A stretch of 64,000 bases of DNA from a virus: IMG/VR virus record IMGVR_UViG_3300034072_000514, positions 1 through 64,000 of that record; one strand, written 5' to 3'. The notes under the pieces were generated by a model that was not told the DNA's origin, searched no databases, and saw only the letters and a program-made list of their open reading frames with translations. Positions 1-8,800 of this stretch are shown here, piece by piece; position 1 is the stretch's first letter; the number at the start of each line of letters is the position of its first letter. The translations under genes and the position numbers were made by a program.

Positions 1-2
1 AG

Positions 3-753
3 CCGTACGCTACTATTGAGGAGCAGGTGATTTCTGGTGTACACCCGGTAGTGGCGGAATATATGCTACCTACGACCAAACCTCTGGCCCAGGGTGCCCG
101 CCTTGTGGTGCCCCATGTCCTACCCCCTCCCCCGCCCGCCCGGCCCCTACTTGGTACCGTTCTGGCCCAGGGTGAGGCCCTCTGGCCCGACCACCCGTAC
201 CTCCCCTACGTAGGTGGTCTAATTGAGCATGAAAGCTGCATTTCTCTGACTCATTCAAGGTGCTGGAGCCCTACGTCTCGTCTTAAGACAGAAAAGGAGG
301 AAGGCGCAGGCCTTGGGCAATTTCACCAGAGCTTGGAACCCTAAGACGGGTCAGCTAAGGTTTGATGTAGTCCAAGAGCTTATGGAGAGGTACCCTAAAG
401 AGCTTGGAGAGCTTTCATGGAGTAATATCTATCAGAGACCTGACCTTCAGATCATAGGTATCTATCTTAAGCTTAAAGAAAACTATGATCAATACAAATT
501 TACCAGAGAGCCTCTAGCGTTTGCTGATGCTGCCTACAACGGAGGTAATGCTGATGTTCGTAGGGAGATTCGCGCTTGTAAGTTAGGGAAGGACTGCGAC
601 CCTACAATCTGGTTTAATAATGTTGAACGCTTTTGCGTCAAGAAACCGGGCGCACATACTGGCGGTAGGTCAGCGTGTGAGATCAATAGATACCATGTTA
701 GAGATGTATTTAATCGTGCGGAGAAATACCGTGCAAGCTTAGGTAATAAATAA
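3..753 (+). CDS. SLT-domain lytic transglycosylase, 5'-truncated by the window edge. The reading frame breaks once, from the frame of 27..344 to the frame of 313..753.
   Basis: GGLIEHES (catalytic Glu) and GLGQF lie in the first frame and AAYNGG lies in the second. These three SLT signatures are therefore split over two overlapping ORFs. The first frame stays open back to nt 3. Confidence 0.7.
61..220 (+). repeat. GC-rich element, copy E1. It is a divergent copy embedded in the open SLT reading frame.
   Basis: G+C-rich island sharing ccccatg/tacccc/ttggtacc blocks with 42331..42468. A perfect 14-nt direct repeat tctggcccagggtg occurs at 83..96 and 161..174, exactly 78 nt apart. Confidence 0.6.
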
Positions 754-763
754 TATTACTTAC

Positions 764-804
764 TGGCCACTGATTCCTTAATTGGAGTTGGTGGCCAATT
801 TTTT
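764..804 (+). terminator. Rho-independent terminator after the SLT gene
   Basis: tggccac (764..770) pairs with gtggcca (791..797) and is followed by a run of six T. Confidence 0.6.
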
Positions 805-810
805 CGTATA

Positions 811-854
811 AAAAGTGAGAAAAATCATGTATCTATAATAGAAGAATCTTTTAA
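811..854 (+). promoter_or_regulatory. Conserved 44-nt early-region repeat, copy A (candidate phage-specific promoter)
   Basis: aaaagtgagaaaaatcatgtatctataatagaagaatcttttaa matches 1395..1438 at 42 of 44 positions. It lies directly upstream of an RBS and ATG. Confidence 0.5.
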
Positions 855-870
855 GAAGGAGTGATTCTCT

Positions 871-1089
871 ATGAGTTACGCTAATATCCCTGCTATCTTT
901 GCTGCTGTTTATTCTACTGACGCAAGCAACGAACAGTTCTTTAGCCTTAAAGACGCTAGTGGTAACTTGATGCCTGCTGCTTATCTTAAGGAAGCTCTAG
1001 CATTTGTCGGAGCAAATTCGGTTAATGAGCTCGCCTCAATTATCTCCGTGGTGACCACTACAGATATTGAACTCGAACTGCATGAATAG
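871..1089 (+). CDS. Hypothetical early protein (72 aa)
   Basis: ORF with an aaggag RBS 8 nt upstream. It ends in TAG, and the same frame stays open to 1317. Confidence 0.55.
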   Translation: MSYANIPAIFAAVYSTDASNEQFFSLKDASGNLMPAAYLKEALAFVGANSVNELASIISVVTTTDIELELHE

Positions 1090-1394
1090 ATTTGGGATAG
1101 CACGGAAGTCTGTGCTGTTGAAGGTATCAAAAGAGACGTGTCTACCTGCGACTTTACTTGGGTAGACCTATTTACAGGATATATAAATCTTGGAGACAAG
1201 ACTGTTCCGGTATTCTACACACAAAACGCGTGTCCGATTGCGATATACCTTAGCAACAAACATTTACCTGATTTAAAGGAATTGGCTGACTTCAATACGG
1301 TACTTAAACAATTTTAAATTTAACCAATTAGAAGTCGCTATGGGACTCGAGATTACCTCTCATAATAGACCACCTGCGCAGGAAATTGGGTCTA

Positions 1395-1438
1395 AAAACT
1401 GAGAAAAATCACGTATCTATAATAGAAGAATCTTTTAA
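1395..1438 (+). promoter_or_regulatory. Conserved 44-nt early-region repeat, copy B
   Basis: Differs from 811..854 at 2 positions. It is followed by aaggag and the ATG at 1452. Confidence 0.5.
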
Positions 1439-1451
1439 CCAAGGAGTTACT

Positions 1452-1781
1452 ATGACTGTGTCTATCATTATCGTTTTCGCTATTTTAGCCGTTGCCATGC
1501 TTGTTCTTGTTTTGGTTGGTTACTATCTTATTGTTAAGCTTACCAAACGTGTTAATGAGCTTACCGTGCTGTCTGCAAGTTTGGTTAAGTCAAAAGCAGA
1601 TCAGGACGCTTTGAATGAGATGTTGTCTGCTAGGATGGAAACCTATGGAGAGCGTATCAACTCTTTGCTCGAGAATATGCACAAAGTAGAAAATAGCATC
1701 TTGTCGATTAAATCGGCTTCCGCTACAGTTTCCATTATTAGAAAGCAAAAATCCTTAATCGACCGTGTGTTCAGCCGCTAA
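1452..1781 (+). CDS. Membrane-anchored coiled-coil protein
   Basis: ATG at 1452 follows an aaggag RBS. The N-terminal hydrophobic helix is VSIIIVFAILAVAMLVLVLVGYYLIV. Confidence 0.65.
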   Translation: MTVSIIIVFAILAVAMLVLVLVGYYLIVKLTKRVNELTVLSASLVKSKADQDALNEMLSARMETYGERINSLLENMHKVENSILSIKSASATVSIIRKQKSLIDRVFSR

Positions 1782-1842
1782 TATTTAGCATTTAGTATTT
1801 AATTTCCCTCTCTAAACCTTTTTAAACCAACTGGAGTAAATC

Positions 1843-2145
1843 ATGACTTTCACTATTATCTTCCTGATCGTCGCCCTCTTCGCGCTCATCTCTATCTGGC
1901 TCAGCTTGGATGCCTTCAAGAAAGGCCAGACCGTCTTGACTGCTGTCTACATGTTCTGTGGTATTACGTATACAACTATCGTAATGACTAATAACATCAT
2001 TGCGGCGGTAGCTGCAGTCAATGCAATCGGATACGCCCTTGTCGGGTGTGCCATAGGTGCCATTCTGGGCTTTGCAGTGATGTTCGCTATTGACTGGATT
2101 AAGGAAATGAAGAACAAGCAGCAGGGTCTTGTATATGAAGTGTAG
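1843..2145 (+). CDS. Small multi-pass membrane protein
   Basis: 100-aa ORF that is hydrophobic throughout. RBS is ctggag. Confidence 0.65.
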   Translation: MTFTIIFLIVALFALISIWLSLDAFKKGQTVLTAVYMFCGITYTTIVMTNNIIAAVAAVNAIGYALVGCAIGAILGFAVMFAIDWIKEMKNKQQGLVYEV

Positions 2146-2284
2146 GCTAGCGCGCTGACTATTACAGTCTGTGCAATTATAGTGGGTGTCTTGTTTACTT
2201 AGCAGTAGCAAGATACTCTCATAAGTTAACAAACCTTATCCCTTATTTGTTTAGTCTAATCAACCAATTTATTAGGAACCAATC

Positions 2285-2632
2285 ATGACTATCATTATCG
2301 CTCTGCAAATTGCCTGCATCATTGTGGCTCTGTTCTTCGGCTTTCGCGCACTCCTTGGGGTTATCACAAAGAGGTCTCTCCTTGCTAAGACCACCTCGTT
2401 GGTGATTAATAGCTCTATTGCTGCTGCCGGGGTTTATGTGGCAAAGGCTGGCATGCTTACCTGGATGTCTTGGTATGCCGGTATAAGCGTGGCTCTGTTT
2501 CTTGCAGCACCACTGATTATATTTGTGTCTACCATTGTGATCCTGTTGGTGTACGCCAGCATTAAACTAGGGCGTAAGTTAGAACCAAAGGTTTATGGGT
2601 ATGCTAGACCAGAGTATACTACAGCTTTCTGA
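2285..2632 (+). CDS. Small multi-pass membrane protein
   Basis: 115-aa ORF with three or more hydrophobic segments. Confidence 0.65.
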   Translation: MTIIIALQIACIIVALFFGFRALLGVITKRSLLAKTTSLVINSSIAAAGVYVAKAGMLTWMSWYAGISVALFLAAPLIIFVSTIVILLVYASIKLGRKLEPKVYGYARPEYTTAF

Positions 2633-2697
2633 CACTTAGCGACACCGCGGGCTGCTGAGAGGCGGCCTGCTATTATATCAACTCAATTTTAAAAATT

Positions 2698-3771
2698 ATG
2701 AGCACTGCCACCGCTAAAAAGCCTTTAATCAATTTGAATGCTTACCACTCTAACCTTGGAGTATTTATCCATCCTGTTTCTACTTACCAATCATTTGTTA
2801 AGTGGCCTGATAGTGTTCGGATAAATGGTGTACTTGTAACTGAGTACCCAAAGTTTGGTATTAATAATAACATCATCAAACTGGAATCTATTGATAATCT
2901 CAAGGTAGAAATTCTTACTCCGGGTAGAGATACTCAAGTAGGCTGGCAGCTTATGGATGAGTCCCTTGCGTCAGATAAGATACCGCTGACTTTGACCATG
3001 GAGGAGCTGCACAAGTCATGGTGTGAGGAAGATGACGACTACTTGCTATCTGGCCCAAAACAAAAGCTAGGTGCTCTTTATAAGGAAGCTTACACAAGGT
3101 CAGAGGATGCTTATGTTGAAGCAGAGATCTCTATAACAAACAAAGGAGCTTATCAGATCGATAACTTGTACTCCTCTAACTTCTCAATTAAGCTCGCAAC
3201 TAGCCAGCCTGGGGCTACAGTAGTACAACTGAAAGATATCGCTACTTTTGAAGAGATAGCTAAGATGCTGGTTCCTGAGCTTCTTATTGCAAATGCGCCA
3301 TGCAGGTTATCCGGTACGTTCTTGTTTAATATTATTAGAGCTTACATTCGAGATAACATAAACTCTAAGTATGCAAAGATAACAGCAGATTCAAACAATT
3401 ACTTTATAGTAGCTAGGCGAGTGATAACTCAACCAACACCCTTTAGGAAAGAAGTATTAACTAGAGGAGGTAATAGCTATAGGCCGCCGAGGTTTCAGTC
3501 ATCCTTCGCTAATGAGAAGTATGTGCAGATATTCTCTATGGCATCGCCAGACGCTTACGGTAGCTACCACTCATACGGGCTAGTAAGCGGCTTGGAAGCG
3601 AATAGCCTAGTAGACCTCTATGAGAAGCTAGGAGAAATGTTAAACTTCATTATTCGAGAAATCAACCTGTCAGTATCGAATTGCCCTCACTGCGAAGGGA
3701 CTGGTTTGGTAGAGGCAGGTAATGCGTATACATGGGCAGAAGTCAAGGAAAAGCTCATGAAAAGTGAGTAA
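2698..3771 (+). CDS. Hypothetical protein with a C-terminal DnaJ-type CxxCxGxG motif
   Basis: 357-aa ORF. NCPHCEGTGLVE lies near the C-terminus. Confidence 0.7.
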   Translation: MSTATAKKPLINLNAYHSNLGVFIHPVSTYQSFVKWPDSVRINGVLVTEYPKFGINNNIIKLESIDNLKVEILTPGRDTQVGWQLMDESLASDKIPLTLTMEELHKSWCEEDDDYLLSGPKQKLGALYKEAYTRSEDAYVEAEISITNKGAYQIDNLYSSNFSIKLATSQPGATVVQLKDIATFEEIAKMLVPELLIANAPCRLSGTFLFNIIRAYIRDNINSKYAKITADSNNYFIVARRVITQPTPFRKEVLTRGGNSYRPPRFQSSFANEKYVQIFSMASPDAYGSYHSYGLVSGLEANSLVDLYEKLGEMLNFIIREINLSVSNCPHCEGTGLVEAGNAYTWAEVKEKLMKSE

Positions 3772-3800
3772 ATCTTTGTATCTATAACAGAAGACTTAAT
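3760..3800 (+). promoter_or_regulatory. Early-region repeat, degenerate copy C
   Basis: aaaagtgagtaaatctttgtatctataacagaagactta aligns with copies A and B. It overlaps the stop codon of the upstream gene. Confidence 0.35.
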
Positions 3801-3845
3801 AAAGCTTCTATCTTTTTTGTTAATTATCTTAAATCAGGAGTGATT

Positions 3846-4349
3846 ATGCGTATTGATGAAATTAAGTTGGGTCGTGCTTATCGTGACATCCTGTCGGGTA
3901 TCTCTGGCTACGCAGTAGGTTTCATGGAAACAATGAACGGCAACAAGCAGGTTGAGATTCGTCCATTTCCCACGAAAGAATCGATACAAGAAGGTAAGAT
4001 GTTGGATGGTTATTACATTGATACCCAGACTCTTGTAGACGCACAATATGCCCCGCTTGTATCTACAGAGCCTCAGGTGCTTAACGATATCCAGGTAGGG
4101 GACCGGGTAGAAGACATTGCTACAGGCATCATAGGTACAGCTACTGCAAGGATTATCTCTTTGAATGGCTGCATTGGATTTAATGTTCCTGTTAAGAATC
4201 TACAAACAGATATTTTTGAGTCTTACTATGTAGACCAAGTCCGCTTGGTAGTTGTTAAGCGTATGGAGACCCCTTTGAAGACTACAACAAAGGTAAATGG
4301 GTGTAACCCTGGAGGGCTATCCTCTATTGCTCGTCGCAAAGAAGTCTAG
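3846..4349 (+). CDS. Hypothetical protein
   Basis: ATG at 3846 follows an aggagtg RBS, in the frame of ORF 3840..4349. Confidence 0.65.
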   Translation: MRIDEIKLGRAYRDILSGISGYAVGFMETMNGNKQVEIRPFPTKESIQEGKMLDGYYIDTQTLVDAQYAPLVSTEPQVLNDIQVGDRVEDIATGIIGTATARIISLNGCIGFNVPVKNLQTDIFESYYVDQVRLVVVKRMETPLKTTTKVNGCNPGGLSSIARRKEV

Positions 4350-4386
4350 TCAGATCTGTCAATAAATTTTTAAATTAGGAGCAATT

Positions 4387-4770
4387 ATGCTTGAACATGC
4401 TAATGTGTATGAAGATATCATCTCTGGTATTGCTGATCTCATTGTAACAGCAGGTAATGCCGTTAGAGAGCGAACAGCGGTGGCTCAGTCAAAGAACGTA
4501 GGGTACGAAGCATCGGCCTACTGCAATTACGTAGTTGCCGCCTCTTTAGCTATTGACTTGACTAAGCCGCATACGCCAATTAAGCAGCCACCTAGTATTC
4601 CGGCTCAAATCCAGAAGGATATTAGAGTAATTGACTCTAGTGAAATTGCTAAGGATTGGGATGCGGGTCTGCTAGAGATGCTGGATATGTACACACAGTT
4701 GTGCGAGACTCATGCTGAGATCCTGGAAAGACATCGGCTGATGAGTTCTATTGCTGCTAAAGCTGATTAG
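4387..4770 (+). CDS. Hypothetical protein
   Basis: 127-aa ORF with a taggag RBS. Confidence 0.6.
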   Translation: MLEHANVYEDIISGIADLIVTAGNAVRERTAVAQSKNVGYEASAYCNYVVAASLAIDLTKPHTPIKQPPSIPAQIQKDIRVIDSSEIAKDWDAGLLEMLDMYTQLCETHAEILERHRLMSSIAAKAD

Positions 4771-4855
4771 TAAAGGCTTATAAGTGAGGCTTCTATGAGG
4801 CCTTACTTGTGATGGTTTTGTTTAGTGTTAGTTCAACTTTAACTAGGAGTAAATT

Positions 4856-5170
4856 ATGATCGACCGTATTTTGTCGGCTATTGAATCGTTTGCAAAAAGC
4901 TTTGTGTTCGTTGAGAAGCTGTGCATTCGCTGGGAGTTGTTTGAATGTGCAATGGAAGAAAAAGATTGCGAGCGTTTAGAAAAGTATTTGCGATCTGTTT
5001 GTGTTTCGGAAGAGTCTATCGCTAAACTCTCCAACCCCATTAGGCGTAACGTGGAGAAATACCGCGCTAGCCTCATTGAAAGATGGAATATTATTAACCC
5101 ACAAAAACCCTTAAACCAAAGGAGCGTAAGCTATGAAAACCGCAATGATAGTGTTGAGGTCTCTAACTAA
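4856..5170 (+). CDS. Hypothetical protein
   Basis: 104-aa ORF with a taggag RBS. Confidence 0.55.
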   Translation: MIDRILSAIESFAKSFVFVEKLCIRWELFECAMEEKDCERLEKYLRSVCVSEESIAKLSNPIRRNVEKYRASLIERWNIINPQKPLNQRSVSYENRNDSVEVSN

Positions 5171-5401
5171 AGGAATTGATCCTGTAGACGTGGAGTCTCA
5201 TTCTGCTTGGGTTGATTAGAACAAAGCGGTAGAAAGCCACCGCAAACACCCGTCCACAACATCTGAGAGAGCGCTTAGACAATCAGTTACAAGGCTACAC
5301 TTGGCTATTGGTAAGCGTACTCAAAGAGAAACAAGTAGAGAAAAGCAAGTCAGTGAAGATAGTGGGCTTTCCTTTCTTTAACACACTAAGGAGCCAATGC
5401 T

Positions 5402-5536
5402 ATGGTACTACTCGCGATATTTCTAGTATTTTTGTTGGGTCTTCGTATCTCTTATTTATTAGGAGGAGCGAGGATGGTGCTTATAATTGGAGATATAGAT
5501 AATGCTGGTCATCTTAATCGTGGCGATGCTGCTTAA
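5402..5536 (+). CDS. Small membrane peptide (44 aa)
   Basis: AAGGAG at 5388..5393 lies 8 nt before the ATG. The N-terminus is hydrophobic (VLLAIFLVFLLGL). The ORF is below the track size cutoff. Confidence 0.4.
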   Translation: MVLLAIFLVFLLGLRISYLLGGARMVLIIGDIDNAGHLNRGDAA

Positions 5537-5603
5537 AGCTGCTCTAACAGTGTTTCTTGTTCGATCATTTCTTAAAAATCGTCCAGTGAAGTCTGGTAGC
5601 TAA
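5502..5603 (+). CDS. Small membrane peptide (33 aa)
   Basis: GGAG lies 8 nt upstream. The peptide contains LVILIVAMLLKAALTVFLV. Confidence 0.35.
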   Translation: MLVILIVAMLLKAALTVFLVRSFLKNRPVKSGS

Positions 5604-5634
5604 ACATTCGGTTAGAACAACAGAGGGAGTTGAC

Positions 5635-5811
5635 ATGGTGCTATTATTATTAGTTATGTTTCTGATAGTTCTCGCTTTAGGTGCGAAACTTGTGATTCAA
5701 CAGGCAAGGATAAGTGAGCAACTAAAAGAAGTAGCTAAGAATGTGGAGAATGTTTCTGCAGCTACCAAAGAAACAAAGGACCACGTAACGTCTTGGGAGG
5801 TAGAAAGTTAG
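5635..5811 (+). CDS. Small membrane-anchored protein (58 aa)
   Basis: RBS is gagggag. An N-terminal TM segment (VLLLLVMFLIVLALGA) is followed by a charged tail. Confidence 0.5.
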   Translation: MVLLLLVMFLIVLALGAKLVIQQARISEQLKEVAKNVENVSAATKETKDHVTSWEVES

Positions 5812-5855
5812 TTTAACCTCAAGGCCGGTGGATTGTAGATTAATAGGAGTATTAT

Positions 5856-6068
5856 ATGACCGTTACTTTTGCAATACTTATCGGTGTCGCTATTTTTGCT
5901 TTTCTGACTAACATTACATTTTTCGGTACTGTTATCTATATTGCAAAAATATTTAGCAATGTCATAGCGTGGACGATTGTCGCGCTTATTGGCTTGGGTG
6001 TCTTCAAGACGTTCAAGTGTTCTAGGAAGGCAGTTAACCATGCTGGCGCTGATCAAAGCCCAAATTAA
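5856..6068 (+). CDS. Small membrane protein (70 aa)
   Basis: ORF with a taggag RBS and two hydrophobic segments. Confidence 0.55.
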   Translation: MTVTFAILIGVAIFAFLTNITFFGTVIYIAKIFSNVIAWTIVALIGLGVFKTFKCSRKAVNHAGADQSPN

Positions 6069-6198
6069 CAAATTTTGGGGCTTTATGCTATTGTTCCTTA
6101 TGGTGACAATAGTTTTTAGCAAGGTAATATTTGTGCTACTCATCATGATTGGCCTACTTTATCTTGCTTGTGTGTTTTTTGAAGTTCTGACTTTTTAA
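6040..6198 (+). CDS. Small membrane protein (52 aa)
   Basis: In-frame ATG within ORF 5977..6198. The sequence after KFW is hydrophobic. Confidence 0.45.
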   Translation: MLALIKAQINKFWGFMLLFLMVTIVFSKVIFVLLIMIGLLYLACVFFEVLTF

Positions 6199-6204
6199 AC
6201 CAAC

Positions 6205-6246
6205 GCCCTCTGCCGAAAGGTGGAGGGCTTCTCTCTTTTATTTTTT
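6205..6246 (+). terminator. Rho-independent terminator
   Basis: 10-bp stem gccctctgcc/ggtggagggc with a GAAA loop, followed by a T-rich tail ttctctcttttatttttt. Confidence 0.7.
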
Positions 6247-6355
6247 CTATGAATACATATACGGAGAATTGTTATTACAGCCGCTATTGCAATCATTGGA
6301 GGTATTATTGCAAAATTCATTATCCGTGAGCTATGGAATTGGCTCAAAGTAATCA

Positions 6356-8020
6356 TTGATCGAAAACTCCATAATTTCTAATATAATGTTATCTGAAGAG
6401 CAACAAATACTAGCTGAATCAGACGCAAGCCCTCAAGAGCAAGAACCTGTCACTATTTTGGACTGCTTAGTTGCTGATCTTGCTAAACGGCTTTCAGAGC
6501 TGCGAGCAGACAGACAACGGTATACGCACTACCTAAAAGGTACCGATCCAGCCCATCTTATGGAGCTTGGCTATGTATCTCTGCTTGCTGGTATCCAAAA
6601 GAAGGGCACTCTAGTCGAAGTCTGCAGCTCTATTGGTCGGCAGGTTATGGCTATGAAGAAGATGCCGCTAGAATCAGTAGTGGAAGTACATACTGGTTGG
6701 TTTATTCTGATTAGCTTTCTAGAATTAGATATCATCCACTTCTACACAAAGAAGTCATACCACAACAACCGAGCAAGCCAGTACCCTACTTATCACATCT
6801 CAGTGAAGGATTGGGCAGCTATTGGTCAGTTGATGACTATGATTAACAAGGAGCGTGTAGGAGCAATCTTACCCTCTACTAAAGTTCCTGATCCTTGGAC
6901 TTCTGTTTATCACAGCTCGGGAGCTACTATCGTAAAGAAGATTCACTCTTCGATACGTGGGCAACTATCTCCAGAAAAGCAGCCTATACTGTTTAACAAT
7001 CTAAACAAGCTACAGGCAACCGGCTGGCGAATTAATCCTGAAACCTTTTCTGTTTATGAGCAATGTTTGAAGCAGGCTAGCGGGAAGAAGCCTCCGGTGG
7101 ATTCCCCGTTTAAGTTCAGTTCTGAGGAAGACCCGAACCGTAGAGAATCTTTGTTCAGAGAGGCAGAAACAATTAGCAACATCGCTAAGTTGTTCTTGCA
7201 TGAGCCATTCTACCATATGTACAACTATGATTTTCGGTATCGGTTGTATGTTATGACCGCTTACTTACATGAGCAGTCATCTGACAATGCCAAGGGTCTG
7301 CTATTATTTAATGAAGGCGTCCCGTTAGGTAAGGATGGTTTGTATTGGTTAAAGATTCATTGTAGCAACACCTGGGGTCACGACAAGGACACTAAGGAAG
7401 GTCGTGCAAACTTTACATCCAATAATATCAAAGTTTGGATTGAGTACGCTAAAAATCCGCTGATTAACCGTGGTTGGATGAAAGCAGATGCTCCATTTTC
7501 TTTCCTAAGCTGCTGCTTTGAGCTCAAGAAGCTTAGGGACTGGCTCATAGCTGGAAAGAGTATTGAAACATTTGTTAGTCATCTACCTTGCTATATCGAC
7601 GGCTCAACCAATGGTACTCAGCATCTGACAGCGATGTCTAAGGATGAGTCGATTGCACATCTTGTCAACCTGGTTCCGACGGAGCTTCCAGGTGATCTTT
7701 ATATGTACATCGCGGGGCATACCTGGAATACTATTAAGGAGGCGTATGATCGAACACCAAAAGAGATTGTAGCTAAGTTTCAATCTGTCTGGGATGAAGG
7801 CCGCCGATTGCATTCGCTATATGCATCTGCTCCGCCAAAGTCAGAACAGCGTGTTGCGGCTTATGCTAAAGTTTCAGAGTGGCGTAACCATAATCGGGAC
7901 ATCCGAGAAGCTCTCTTTCCGGTATACTGGATGGGCGTTGACAACCCTAAAGACCAGCGTAAAGCAGTTAAGCGCCCTGTGATGACTCTCGGTTACGGAG
8001 GCACAGCCTACGGCATGGGT
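6356..8020 (+). CDS. T7-like single-subunit RNA polymerase, exon 1
   Basis: DFRYRLY (T/DxxGR region), YIDGSTNGTQH (motif A) and KRPVMTLGYGG (motif B). The start is uncertain (TTG 6356 or ATG about 6386). The exon ends at the U at 8020. Confidence 0.9.
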
Positions 8021-8800
8021 TAATATAGGCTCATGTAAAATCTCGTGAATTCGGTGAACAGCCTCTTAGAGGCCAATACCGAGCCAAGCTTAACCGATAA
8101 GGTTTTGAAGGTGTAACGACTATTCCGAAAGGAAGTACATCCAAGTGGATGGAAGCGCGAGACAGCGTTAAAGCTGAAGAGATAGTCTGATCTATACAGT
8201 AATGTATAGCGGTTGCGTCGCTGTAACCGGAGAATATATGGAAGAGATTTGGAAGAGTGTAGATAATTACGAAGGGGCGTATGAAGTCTCTTCTTTAGGT
8301 AGAATTAGAAGTTTAGATAGAGTAGCCGTAGACGGCTCTAATATTAAAGGTAGATTACTAAAGTTTTCATATGATGGGTCAGGATACCATAAAGTGAACT
8401 TATTTAAATTTGGTGAAAATCAATATTTAAAAGTCCATAGGTTAGTAGCTATTGCATTTGTTCCTAATCCTGAAGGTTTACCACAAGTGAACCATAATGA
8501 TGGTAACAAAGAAAATAATTTCTATAAGAATTTAATTTGGTGCACTAATCAAACAAGTACGATCCATGCATACGAGAATAAGTTAACTACCAATCAAGGC
8601 GAAACACATTATAAAGCTAAGTTAGATAAAGAAAAAGTTTTATTTATTAGAGCTTCTACTTTAAGTGTAGCTGAGCTTTCTGATAAATTAGGCGTATCTA
8701 GCTCCAGTATAAGAGATGTGATTAATCGTAGGTATTGGAAATCTGTGTAAATTAAGCGACGCAACGGTGTTAGCCTAACAAACTGACATGAACATAAATG
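8021..8800 (+). mobile_element. Group I intron in the RNAP gene
   Basis: It interrupts motif B. Joining 8020 to 8801 gives ...YGMG|QQVNDDT in frame. The core gaattcggtgaa..gtaacgactat..gatagtctgatctata is shared with the intron at 17650..18433, and the intron ends in ...cataaatG. Confidence 0.8.
8238..8750 (+). CDS. Intron-encoded HNH homing endonuclease (NUMOD4 + HNH + C-terminal HTH-like)
   Basis: WKSVDNYEGAYEVSSLGRIRS, then HRLVAIAFVPNP..VNHNDGNKENN..NLIW. The ORF is looped out between complementary segments ggttgcgtcgc and gcgacgcaac. Confidence 0.85.
   Translation: MEEIWKSVDNYEGAYEVSSLGRIRSLDRVAVDGSNIKGRLLKFSYDGSGYHKVNLFKFGENQYLKVHRLVAIAFVPNPEGLPQVNHNDGNKENNFYKNLIWCTNQTSTIHAYENKLTTNQGETHYKAKLDKEKVLFIRASTLSVAELSDKLGVSSSSIRDVINRRYWKSV

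Noticed and set aside
831-836. TATAAT boxes in the 44-nt early repeats, read as ordinary sigma-70 promoters.
   Set aside because: There is no acceptable -35 hexamer at 16-18 nt and no TGn extension. I kept them as regulatory repeats of unknown polymerase specificity.
5308-5502. A 64-aa TTG-initiated ORF from the track.
   Set aside because: It has no RBS and an odd composition. The same region is better explained by short membrane ORFs in other frames with well-spaced AAGGAG/GGAG sites.
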